From NCBI GenBank assembly GCA_000165425.1, contig CT867985.1:806001-870000 (forward strand): a stretch of DNA of 64,000 nucleotides. The letters run 5' to 3'. Of the stretch, positions 43,568 through 55,993 are shown piece after piece. The translations under genes were made by a program, and so were the position numbers. How positions within the stretch are numbered: the first letter of the stretch is position 1; each line of letters begins with the position of its first letter. Under the pieces are notes generated by a model. That model made no database searches and had not been told where the DNA came from. It worked only from the letters and a program-made list of their open reading frames with translations. Source of the stretch: Paramecium tetraurelia (lineage: Eukaryota).

Positions 43568-43876
43568 AACCCAGGCTGGGGCAACTTGGCTGTCACTTTA
43601 TGTGGGTTGTAAGAGGATGTTTGATAAGCTGTCATCTGAGAGCTCGCTGAGTCATTTCGTTAAGAGTCACCGCCCTAACCGAGCTCGTAGTCACTTGTGG
43701 GATCCATCAGTAATGAGGGTTTCACTTGTGTTGAAGAATCTCGCAATGGCTTAGGCTGGAAACAGAGCAAGCAATAGGGATCGCTATGAGCGGCGGAAGG
43801 ATACCGGACTCGTGAAGTGATGTGGCTTATCGTGGCACTTATTAAGCAGAACTCTGAAAACAAACAACTCTTTTTT
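43568..43876 (+). ncRNA. SRP RNA (7SL)
   Basis: GC-rich ~300 nt; SRP54-binding helix 8 GCTTAGGCTGGAAACAGAGCAAGC (43749-43772); helix 6 TCA-GTAA-TGA GNRA loop; Alu hairpin GGCTGGG-GCAA-CTTGGCT then TGT; 5'/3' pairing TGTTTG/CAAACA; T6 Pol III terminator. Confidence 0.93.
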
Positions 43877-44256
43877 CTAAATTCATATGTTTCGAAGAAT
43901 TATTAAAATCAATATTATAGATCCAACATAATGATACTTTGTACTAATTTTAATTTCAATTATTTTTATTAAATATCTATTATTAAAGGACAATATGTAT
44001 CAATTTCATTTTGCGAAAATATATATGTATTATTAGTTAAATTAAATCATACATTGCAAGATGAAATTATTCAGATTTTATTTATTTAATAAGATAATTA
44101 TAGAATTTTCTTCTAGTTATAGAGAATTTTTGTTTTTCATATTAATAACTACCTGTTATATCAACCAAGGATTTCGTAATTAATATTTTCAGAAAAGCTC
44201 TCCTAAAAAGATTATATTCTGATATTTTTATTAGATAAAATTAATTATATGATAAT

Positions 44257-45081
44257 TCAAAAACAAATGCGATTACCCATTATTATTTCTTCTTTGTAAT
44301 GCACCCCAACATAATAAAAATTTTCAAAAGTTACTAATTTTTATAATTCTTCTATATCATCATATTAATATAAACTAGTGAATTTTGGTAGTGTTAGCAA
44401 CTCAAGTAGTTTTGGAATTGCTGTAAAATATAATTTATCTACTATTCTTATTATTCTTTTGGGCCCATCTTCCAACTGAAAAGTTTAAAGTTAATTATAG
44501 TTCATATCATAAACATTTAGTGTTTTTGAAAATGTATCTGCAATATAAATTTTATCATTAAACCATTCAATTCCACTTAAATGAACACCACTTATCTCAT
44601 ACACAAATTCACAATTCCCTTCAAAATCACATTTTAATAATGAAAAACTCTTAGACTAAAAATAAAAGCCGAGTAAATCAGAAACTTAATAATCTATAGT
44701 AATGTAAACATTGTTATGAACTACTATAAAATCATAAATGATCAATCCTTTAGGCAGCAAAATGGTTTTTATAATATTCCAATTGCTTAAGATATCAATG
44801 TTATTGTCATGTGCTAGATATAAATAATTTTCATTTGCAAACATTGCATAGCTATTATTTTAGGAATATAGAAGCGACTATTTTTCATCATAAATCCCAT
44901 TGTCAGCAAGAAAAAGTAAATTATTTTAAAACAATTATAAGTCAATCGGAGTAACATCTATTGTGGTGCATCTATTTATTTTTCCATGATCACTTTTAGG
45001 CCTTTTAAATAATCCAAATTATAGAAGCTAATTTATCATCATTGATGTTATAATTGTAGTGACAATTATAAATAATTTCAT
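44257..45081 (-). CDS. Divergent paraoxonase/SMP-30-like beta-propeller protein with N-terminal signal anchor
   Basis: Hydrophobic N-terminus; YDFIVVHNNVYIT and FKWNGIEWFNDKIYIAD-like segments resemble PON blades; ~274 aa. Confidence 0.5.
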
Positions 45082-45130
45082 CAATAATAAGAATAAAAAT
45101 ACAATAATAATATAATTATTAAATAAACAA

Positions 45131-45256
45131 ATGAAATTCAAAAGGGATATAAAAGGTTTATTAAGTTTAGTAGCATTATCAGCAGCACCAGTGATGTATT
45201 ATTTTTATAGAGATTAAATATATAAAATAGTGGATGGAAAAGAAAAGAAGAAATGA
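45131..45256 (+). CDS. Candidate 41-aa single-TM microprotein
   Basis: MKFKRDIKGLLSLVALSAAPVMYYFYRDQIYKIVDGKEKKK-TGA; coding-like composition within AT-rich spacer; divergent from the adjacent gene. Confidence 0.6.
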
Positions 45257-45614
45257 ATTGATATTATTATGGTAGCATAAAATGTTAAACTAAAATCATA
45301 GATTCAATAATTTACATAAAATTTTCATATTTAAAGTTGAAATATAATTTGAAGCATTCATTGAAAACACATGTTCACTTATGTTCTTATTTTATTCTAA
45401 ATTTTTGTATTAATTAATTACTTCTAAATACCATCCAAAAATTAAATATGTTCTTAATTGTAGAAAAATTAAAATAATATATACAAAAAAGGAATCTTCC
45501 TAACAGGATGAGAGAAAAAAACAATATTTCTGAGTAATTTCAAAATAATTCTTAAGAGATTAAAGTATTTTGCTTATTTAATTCTTTCTTTTTACTATTT
45601 ATTATAATAAACAA

Positions 45615-47639
45615 ATGGCTAAATGCCATATTCAATTAGTTAAATTAGCAAAACCTTGTATAATACTGAATTTCGATCTAAAGTCTTACGTTTTTAACGT
45701 ATCGGAAGGTTTTCAAAGATACCTTTCTGATTATAGCATCAAGACTAAAATGTCAACATAGATATTTTTTACAAATTTAAATGCTACCTACATTAATGGC
45801 ATAATAGGACTATTACTCACACTTAATTTCGATAAGCAAATTGATGGTACTAAGATTTATGGACCTTCTGGATTATGTTAATTGTTTTCAGCTTTTAGAT
45901 ATAGTGAAATCGGAGGAAAATCCATTAATAGTTTATCTTGTCATGAGTTTTAGGGAAAGAATCTTATTTACCAGAAAAAGGATCAATATTACTAAGAAAT
46001 TTTTGAAGGAAATATTTATCCAGTCTTAAATGGACTAAAACTTGTTAAATATGAAGAATAAGAATCTTTATAAATGTATACTGATGAATATGTCGAAATA
46101 GTACCAATAATCCACAAAAACAATAATATTTCTTATATTATTAAAACAAAAAAGATTAAAGGTAGTGTCTCTACAGAAAAGCTTTAGCTTTTAAAATTAA
46201 CTAATATTTAGAAGAAAGAATTATTTTAAAATCATTAAATATAATTAGGGGATTAAATATATCCAGAGGCTTACTTTAGAGAACCTGATGTAGAAGAATA
46301 AGGGATCTTGGTATTAGATATAATTGATGATTTAGACTTATCATAAATCGATTTTCCAAACAATTTAAGATGCATTTTGCATATAAATGATCCTAAAACA
46401 GAAATCTATTTAAATTTTTTAAATAAAGTGAATGTAGATCATATCCTATGCAATTAAGAAGTCCAGAATGAATACTCAGATAGTATTCCAAAGACTAAGT
46501 TTATTTGCAATTATTTGAATTCTAAATATCCTTTCAACTTTCCAAGTTTTAGTAATAATTATTCAATCTAGAATAATAGATACATCTAATTCTAAGCAAA
46601 TTATCATTACATCTTACATCCTTTAAATAAGAGAGGATTTTAGATGATGGCTCCCTAAATGATTGGTTAAACTTCTTAAATCAAAGAAATTAATTACTAG
46701 TAAACTCCGATTAGGCAATATAAGTCTGAGATTCTATTATAATTTTTAGGAACAGCTTCTATGAGGCCAAATAAATATAGAAATGTTTCAGGAATTTTAG
46801 TTAAATAATTTAACTCAGCAATTCTTTTAGATTGTGGTGAAGGAACATTTCATTAATTACAAAGTTAAAATAATTTTGATTTTAATTAAAAAATACTTAT
46901 TTGGATTAGTCATGTTCATTGTGATCATAATTTAGGGATAGCCTCATTCTTATAAAATTGTAGTAATGTATATTTTCTCGTCCCCTAAATTATGATTCCT
47001 TGGATTGTTTAATTAATTGAATTTTATTAAATTAAACATACTTGCTATTTATGTTATATTCCTTTTGATAATTATAATCTAGAATAAGAGTTTGCAATTT
47101 AGAATGCCAAAGTTTAGAAATTTAATGAAATAAAATTATAATAATTATAAGAGCTATTTAATATTTAGTTAGAATATGTTAACGTTGATCATTGTCCATA
47201 GGCTTATGGCTTAAGAATAAACTTCAGAGATGGAAGCAGCATTAGTTATTCAGGGGATACCAGACCTTGTTAATAATTTATTCAATTATCAAAAAATGTT
47301 GATTTAATGATTCATGAGGCAACATTTACTGATGATCTTTAAAAAAATGCAATAAGTAGAAAGCATTCAACTGTTGGAGAAGCTGTTGAATCGGCTATTT
47401 TGGCTAATGCTAAGACATTAATATTAACACATTTTTCATAAAGATACTGTAGAACAGGAAGTTGCTAATAATAGAAAATAGAATCAAATCAAATTTAATC
47501 TACAATTAATAATGAGACATATGAATAATATTTAAATACAAAGACAGTTATAGCTCTAGATTTTTTAAGTGGTCTTTTAGATGAGTATCCAAATTTAGTA
47601 GAATTAAGCTAACACTTATAATAATTGATTGAATCATGA
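45615..47639 (+). CDS. TRZ1: tRNase Z, long form (ELAC2/Trz1)
   Basis: Intronless 674 aa; FNVSEGFQR, FLGTASMRP, LLDCGEGT, SHVHCDH, YSGDTRP, IHEATF, HST, LTHFSQRY. Confidence 0.93.
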
Positions 47640-47664
47640 ATTAAATCATAAACAATGCATTAAA

Positions 47665-48889
47665 TCATTAAAATATTTTAATTCTTCCTTTGAAAAGCGA
47701 GCAGTTTATTCTATCTCTTAGAATCTTATTTTTAGTTTTTCTAAATTTTTTAGGGAACCTAGACTTTTATAATTAGTATTATATAAAGTCAACAGAAATA
47801 TTTTTAGATTTATTCCTTTTAGCAAATCTAACTCAGTTAATTTTTGTTCAATTAGAGGTTTTAATGTACTATGTTAGATGGTCAAAGTTTTCGATGCATA
47901 ATAAAGCAAGAGAACTTATTATGTTAGAATCAGTTATGAATAGTTATCTGTTTAGATGATTGTTGTAAATAATTTATAGGTTGCAGATGAACATAGAGTT
48001 ACTCTGCTACATCTGCCAAAAATTTCAAATAATTCAAATAAAGATTCACTTGGTAATCTTAAAATTTTCTCATTTTCTAGAACCTCGTCTCTTAACTAAC
48101 TTAATTTTAGAAACTTACTTAATAAATTAGTGATGGAAAATAATTAATCCCTGCCTTTACTAAAAACAAAGTGTAATATAATTTCTATTCTAAACTTATT
48201 TATTAATCTAAGGAAGCTAATAATTGTTAATTTATCTAGTCTAATATAGAAGTGCTATATCTTTTGATATATTTCATTAATTAGCAAAGAGCTCTAACTT
48301 ATTTAAAATTGGACAAATTTATGATTAATCTGCCGCATAATTTATGATAGACGTCTAAAATAAATTATTCCTCCTCTGGTGTGAAAATTACTTTCTTTAT
48401 CTTTACAAAAAACTAGTCCTCTACAAAAAATAAGCCATTTTATATAGCATTTAATAGTGCATAAATCTCCTTTTCTGTTATTTCTTTATCAAAGCGATCC
48501 AAGTATTCATTAATCATTTGGCACTGCAAATAAAAATATTTAGGGTGATTTTCTTTTTCAAATTTTGTGTTGACAAAGGAGAAAAATATTTTTTTTTTCT
48601 AAATCAGTCTTAAGAAATTCTTCTTTTAATTTAAGGAAATCATCATAATTTGCTTGATTCCTTTAATATTAAAGAAATAGTATTACAATACTCTCTCCGT
48701 TTTATATTAATCAAATAAGAGCATTAATCTTTATTCTATTTTTAAATTCTAATCCTTATTTTTTGCTATTTTCTTCATGCCATTCTCAGGTGTTTTTTCG
48801 GTGAAAATTAATTTGCTCCCTTTTTTATTTTCGAAAATAAGACCTTTCGAAAGTTTTGAGAAATTACTTTGTATTAAATGTCTTATCAT
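47665..48889 (-). CDS. Hypothetical protein, putative mitochondrial presequence
   Basis: MIRHLIQSNFSKLSK...; helical composition; TGA 47665. Confidence 0.55.
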
Positions 48890-48908
48890 AATAATTATTT
48901 ATTTTAAA

Positions 48909-50055
48909 TCATGCCTTAAAAATGTTAACAATTCCTTCCATTCCACTAAATACTATTGAATCAGTTGTATTCATCTAATCTATGCTGAGTATGCTTTTTG
49001 GTAAGCCCAAAATAGAAGCCTTAGCTAGACCATCTTTCAAACTAAACATTTTGATTTCGTGAACCCCTGAACTACCAGCATATATATAATCCTCATTTGC
49101 TTTGCTAAATTTAAACAAAATAGCTACTTAAACTAAGTTGCATAGATATAATATGATCGATTATCGTCAGATTGAGTTCCAGTCCAAAGTATTTCTTAAT
49201 AAAGTTTTCTTGTCCTCCAATCCCACAATTATACTTAATTTTCTGTTCTATGTGACCCAGTCAAAATCAATTATCTTTTCACTGAGAAATCAAGCGAATC
49301 TCCTGATAGGGATGGACCATAAAATTGACCTACGCATTATTTCTCTCTTATATCCCAAATTAAGATATTTGCATCCCAACCCCCAGATATTAAGATATTA
49401 GGTTAATCTGGTATAAATTTTACTACGAACACTCTATTGGCATGGCCTCTCTATCCCCTAATTATTTCAATAAAAGATACCAATCGGCCTGTTAATATTG
49501 ATGCTATACACTTTTTATATCATCATCATAAATTCTAATACAGAAGTCCTTACCTCCAGTTGCAAATAAACTACCATCAAAATTAAAGTCCAAGCATAAA
49601 ACACTATTATTCTCTTCTACAATTTTGTGTAATTATTTTCCTGAATTAGCGTGCCAATGGATAACGTGGCCTTCTGCATTTGCTGATACCAATATTCCTT
49701 TTGCTTTTAGTCCATAATTGGGCCTCCATCTTAAAGCAGTCACTGGTGTTTAGAATTACTCTAAGGTGTGTGTTAATTTATCTATTTTTATTAAATCATC
49801 TGTGTACTTTAGTTATAAAGATGAATTAGCCCTTCTGACATCCCTACAGCAAGATATTGATCATCTTGATCATATCTCAAAGAAAATACGTCTCCTCCAT
49901 TTACATTTAATTATTGTTATAACTTTAAACTCACTTAATTCTTGTGGACACCAAACCTCTTTTTCTAAGATAGAAAAATACTTAAATTCATATTTTTTTG
50001 GGTCAGAGGCCGAATCGGTTTATAGCTATTCTTCTTAATTTTAAGTACTTTGCAT
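48909..50055 (-). CDS. WD40 repeat protein
   Basis: VLCLDFNFDGSLFATGG, LISGGWDANILIWDIR, repeated WD blades. Confidence 0.88.
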
Positions 50056-50369
50056 TTTTAATATATATAAATAATAATCCTTAACACTATGAATTCAAAT
50101 ATTTTCTAAATTCAAAAGAATTTTATGTGTTAACTATGAAGATATCATTAAAAACAAGAATTGATTTTTACTTCGTTTAATTTTTAGATATCTTTTATAA
50201 ACTTAAAATTACAATCCTCTCAAAGCTCATTAAGTTCCGCTATTTATGTTGAGAGCAGAAGATTTTTTTTATAAAAACTACACAGAAGATATTATAATAA
50301 TTTGGTTTAACCATTTAAGATTTAAGAGTCATGTTGTAATCATATAATCTAATACAAATATCATATCAA

Positions 50370-52110
50370 ACAGAAGTATTCTTTGTTACTGTATATGTAT
50401 TCAGAATAGGCATTTTCTTAATATTTTCACTTATTTACTGAAAACTGTGACTTAGAATTGGAAAAGAGTTCTCAAAGTCTTCATTTTCAAACAAAATGTC
50501 TATAACCTTTAGAAAAACTTAAAATTAAGGTCCTATCTTGCTTAAAAAGTTCAAATCATCATATAACCATTCTTCGTCTTCCTTAGTTAGAGCTCTTGAA
50601 ATGTTCTTCTCTTTCATCATTTTTTTGAGACTGTGTTAGATGAGAATTGTAATATTGGATCTGGTTACGAACAATAGGTTGATATGATCCCTTGTTTTTT
50701 TTTCCAAATTATCTGTGTTCCCTACTAGATCTAGGAGAACATTGAGGTTGTGATATTAATCAAGTAAAAGTTTAACATTTGAAGTTCTTTAGTCCACTTT
50801 AGATTTTTGAATGATAGGAATATCATTATTATTTGTTCTTTATCTTGAAGAAGTGCATGCACCCATAAGTACGTTCCAAAGTGAGGAAGATTAAATAGTT
50901 AATTTAAAATACACATTATTTGCAATTTACTTTCAAGATTTATATTGTGAAATTCTTTTTCTATAAATTTTAGAATCCATTTCAACATTTTAATTGAAAA
51001 TTTAAATCCATGTGAAGCTATTGAATAGCAGACATTCTTTAAAAAAAATTTACAAAACTATATTTAATTTTAAAGGGAATATTTAGGATTTCATTTATGC
51101 AAAACTAATGCTAAAACAGTTTAATATTCATGAATGCACAAGTGATAAGTTAGAAAATGTAAAATTTTAAATCAGTAATATACTGTTATATATTAATTAT
51201 TTTCTTTAGCATTATTATTCCTCTACCTGTAATCTCCCTTCTTTCCATCTTTTCTTATTTTATATAGACCATTTTTCTATTCTATTTCATATAAAATCTC
51301 TAAAATATCTTTCCATCTATTAAGTATTTACAAGGTCAAATATTATTAATATAACAATGTCTTTATAATATTGATTTTCTGATGATGGCAAACTTATCTC
51401 TTCTTTTCATTTAAAATTTAATTTCTTTATATTTTTATCATTTTTAGAATATAATTTTCTTATCTATGATATACATCCTCTTGATTCACATCAAATTTGT
51501 CATTCAATTTTCAGTTACAAGATTCTTTTTCTTATTTTACTAATAAAAAAATACATTTATAAATTAATTCTGATTTTTAGAGTTCACTATATCAAAGAGA
51601 ATTGTAATTTTACATTCGTCTTTAATTAATTCTTTTATTTAATCTCCATATGTCTTTAGATTATTCCATTCTACCAATCGAAAGCCTCAATTTTAGTTAA
51701 TATTTTGTATCTTCCAGCCATTAAATTCAATATCCTGAAAGAACCTCTATTAAATTATTTACTAGAAAATAATAGGCAAATTTTTTGTTTTAAATTAGCT
51801 TTCCAGCAAGATTGATTATAAATCATTAAGTTAGTTCCTATATCAAACTTAATTGGTAATCAGGAAGCCTAAATGGCCGATATTTTCCAAAAAGTTCTCT
51901 AAAGATTAAGGTAAATTTTTGAAGTCCCTTAAGTTTAATTCTTATTAAAAATTAAACAGTTCTATTCAAATAAAATTGTTGTTTTTAATGTGAACTTATG
52001 TTCTTTGTACCACTTACAACTCCTTCTTATAAAAATCGAAACTTATTTCTATAAAGAACGTCTCAATAGTAGGTCTTGTAGTGCATTTTAAATTGGTAGA
52101 TTAGGCCATC
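50370..52110 (-). pseudogene. Decayed coding remnants (probably two pseudogenes)
   Basis: Coding-like blocks (e.g. MMKEKNISRALTKEDEEWLYDDLNFL; AGRYKILTKIEAFDW) interrupted by in-frame TGA and frame changes not explained by tiny introns. Confidence 0.4.
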
Positions 52111-52152
52111 CATAGAAGCAATTACTATAAAAATGATATTTTTATTATTAAT

Positions 52153-55100
52153 TCATAATTATTTGTCTCCATGTTTTCCAAATCTATTAAAATCTATTGG
52201 TGTATGACAAAGGGAACAAAATTTTAATGCAAGATTTTAGACTTCCTGATCGATCATCTTATGTTTGCAGGCTTTGCAAGTGTAAAACTTCTATCCATAT
52301 ATGGATTTTCCGGAAGCCACACAGACTCCAAAAATGGTTCCACATTCTTTACAGAATAATTAACTATAAAATAATAATGATTGTTGTTACTATTCAGTTA
52401 TTTTTTTATTACCACAAGAAGGTTTTGGACATTGGATAGCATCACACACAGCATCCTCAGGTGCATGTCTAAGATATAATATTAATTTTTACTTTACAAA
52501 TATTTGAGCAGCAACTGATTAATATCTCTCCCTTTCCTCCTCTGTAATATTGTCTAGATTCTCCAATTTCACAAAGGCTCTTGCACATTCTTTATAAGAT
52601 TTGTTATAGTAAGCAGCAAGAGCAAGCAACGAATATATCCTTTTAGGATCCATGTCTAATTCAAATTCACATAATCTAATGGCTGATTTTCTATGCATAA
52701 TAATAATGGATATATTACAATGCATATTTGTAATTTCCAGAATAGAGGAATTTCTGTGTCAAAATATAGAAATGCCAAGCCTCTGCTTATCTCCAAGGAT
52801 TATTGAGTACTTTGTCAGCAGAATGATTTAAATCATTTGTAACTAATTAATCTAAAGTATGAGCAATAGTATTATTCTAAGCTGTCATGGTGACATCATA
52901 CAACTTCTTTTTGTACAGATCAACTTCTAAAGCAGCCATAACAAATAGTTTCTTCACAACAAGGGGACTTTAATCGCTTTTAATAAGATCTTCACCAATT
53001 TATGATAACAAGCGAGCTGCATCTGAATTATGATTGGCCTTTCTATATAATTCTGCAGCCTCTAATTTCATTCTTTATTCTAACAATTAAGCAGCATATT
53101 ATTGTAGCAATCCTTCAATTTATACAAAATTGTGTCTTTCAGCTAATTCAACGGCGAAATTCCAAGCATTCAGGAGAACTGCGCAATCAATAGCTTTTTT
53201 AATGTCTCCTGCTTTTTCAAAACATTTGATTGCACTCTTTGCCATTCCTAATAATTGGAATCTTTCACCCAAATCACATAATAATGCATTTCCTTCTTAT
53301 AAAGAATTAGCTAACTCTTCAAGTGTTTAATAATCTTCAATCATGAATGAGGTCTCTATTAATCTTTCAACATTATTAGATAATTTGAATTGTTATTATG
53401 CTTTTTCCCACTCTCCTTGATCACAATAGAAGTTTCCCAATTTATTTTGAGTTTGAACTATAACTTCATCTGCACCTACAAGATCCTTAGATAAAAATAG
53501 CACTCTTGAATAATCACCAGTTTTCATCCTCATTTAAACAGCCAGATCTTTTCTTTCAATTTCTCTTAGTATTTTCTCAGCTTCATCAAATCGTTTCAGA
53601 AACACATAAACCTCTGCCTTTTATTTTTCTTTTTCATCATAATCTAAGATCCTCTTTATGAATTGCAATCCAGCATAATCTTCTAATTTCAAGTAACACT
53701 TTTCTGCAACTGAGAAATCTAATTCTTCCAGAGCCTTTTAAGCCAAAAGTTACCATAAAGTATTAGACTATTTACATTAAATCATAAAATTACTGGTTAT
53801 TTTTCAATGATACCAAACATTTCCTTTGGAGGTGTTTTCTCAATAGATTCCTTGATTTCCTTAAATAATCTACTTTCATATTAGACAAGTAATTCATCTG
53901 CTCTTAATTAGCCATCAGGACTCATCATGATATCATCTAATAATGCTCCTTTAACAGTAAGTTCTGAGAATCTAATAATAATTCTAAGATTTACGAGCAT
54001 AAGAAGGCATCACAAGGAAGAGGATCATCAGCAGTTATGTCCCTTACTAAATGGATTCTACCCTTTTCCATGACGGCAAATTAAAGAGGGTCATTATCAG
54101 ACCAAACAACCTGCCAACATTCCTTCTTATCGAAATCTAATAATTTTCCACCTCCAACAGAAATGTCTAATAACTATAAAGTTCCCATCACATCAATTAT
54201 AGATAATCGAGTAGAATTACAATTAATATTAATGATATTTGCCCTATTTTCAAGGAAATATTTAGGTTCAACACTGACATAAGGTAATGTGAATTTTAAT
54301 ATATTACCATTGATTCTGCCAATAAACAAATAATTTTCATTTGCTTATATGGCACAAATAGTTTCCTCAGTTTGTTTTTCCAAATTAAATGTATCTTTAT
54401 CATAGATTACTTAACTATCTGGGTTTTCATCAATAAACCATGCCATTTCTTTACCAATTTTTCTGATTCCTGTATTCTAATTGGATTCGAACGTAGTTAA
54501 TCTTTAGACTTAGTTTCTGTATTACCATAAGTATACATAATCACTATTAGCAATAATGATATGAGTTTTAGTCATACAATTAAATTTGGGTTCAATGGAT
54601 ATGAATTTAGTATCTAAGGGACTGCCAATAGAATTGCAGAGTTCCACCTTCCATGTGTCTTATTCAACAAGACTTATCAAGACACAACAATCATTTGATC
54701 CTTTGATATCAAGTAAGCCTTTCATATACCTGATGGATTTTTATTCTCTTTTCGTATCCCAAAAGATGATAGTAAATTCCATTCTATCTTGCCTTTGATA
54801 GGCGAAGATGAGAGTTTCTGATTATGCAAGATAACTCCACTTGTAATCTAATTTGAGATTGGCAACATAAACAGTTTGACCAACTCCCATGACCAATCTC
54901 AAACCATCACCTTCAAAACTAAGACTATTGACTTTGTCGGTGTTTGCAACTCTTAGTGTCTTTAGATGATCACCCATATTTGAATAGAATTACACAACTG
55001 CCCTTTGTTCATCCTTATCTTTGGCACTACCAGCCACTGCAAACATAGAACCATTGGGACTCCATCTGACTGATGATATGGCCATTACCGTGTCTATTAA

Positions 55101-55947
55101 AATAGGAGACTCATCCTTATCATTTTTCATTAACTAAACTCTACCACATGTGTAGCCAATTAGCAAACCTGGAGGAGTTTCATCAGTGTACATTTTGCCA
55201 TATTCATACCATTGGACAGCTGCTATTTATTGATTGGGAGTGAAGTAATTTTTGGGATCAACTAATCCCATTAAACAACTCATTTTCAATGAATTTAGCT
55301 GATTACCATTCTAATCATGTATGATGACTTGTCCATCGGCAGTTCCCAAAATCATCAACTTTGAATCTGGTGACCATTCGATCAATCCCAACCTGTATTG
55401 ATAGTCTTTGCCCCAGAGTCTATTACCTTCAACTGATCCTATGATGACAGCTCCATCCTCATAGATGATTCCAATTTTGAATCCATCAGGTGACCATTTC
55501 ATATCGGTTACATTTGATTTCTGTCTATTATTCACCATCTCCTCGACCCATTCATTCTATTTATGTTATACATTTATTATTTACTCCCAAATTTATCCAC
55601 ACAATAATCTACCCTTGATCATCACTAGTAGTCAATTTCTGATATCTCTCATTCCAAATAATTATATTCACCTTACCCATATGTTATTCCAAGGCTGCTT
55701 CATATGGTAATTTGGCTTGCTTAAAATATGTATAGTGATTCTTACTTGTCCTTGAATACCTGCCTTTTAATCATCCAACTTTATTATTTTCAATAACCCT
55801 TTCTTTTATCCTTATGGCGCATGTCTAATTTATCAACTTTATATACTCTCCTCCGATTGCTATCCAACCTTCCTCCTAATTCCACGCTATGCTGTGCACT
55901 TTGCCCTGATTGAGCATTCCTATCTTCTTGACTAAAAATGAAAACAT
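52153..55947 (-). CDS. IFT121: Intraflagellar transport protein 121 (WDR35, IFT-A)
   Basis: MFSFLVKKIG start, MVNNRQKSNVTDMKWSPDG, GSVEGNRLWGK, TPR-like region, WRQAEAWHFY, C-terminal zinc finger CKACKH...CSLCH. Confidence 0.95.
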
Positions 55948-55993
55948 CTCTAAGTAATTTGATATTTAAATTAATAAATATATATATTCACAA

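Noticed and set aside
43675..43863. 62-aa minus-strand ORF in the track
   Set aside because: It is antisense to the SRP RNA gene; GC richness explains the open frame
40259..43876. 309-bp inverted repeats read as transposon terminal inverted repeats
   Set aside because: The repeats are SRP RNA sequences; no transposase inside and no target-site duplication seen
45448..45614. Upstream ATG as a mitochondrial-targeting extension of tRNase Z
   Set aside because: Out of frame with 45615 and no tiny intron found to join them
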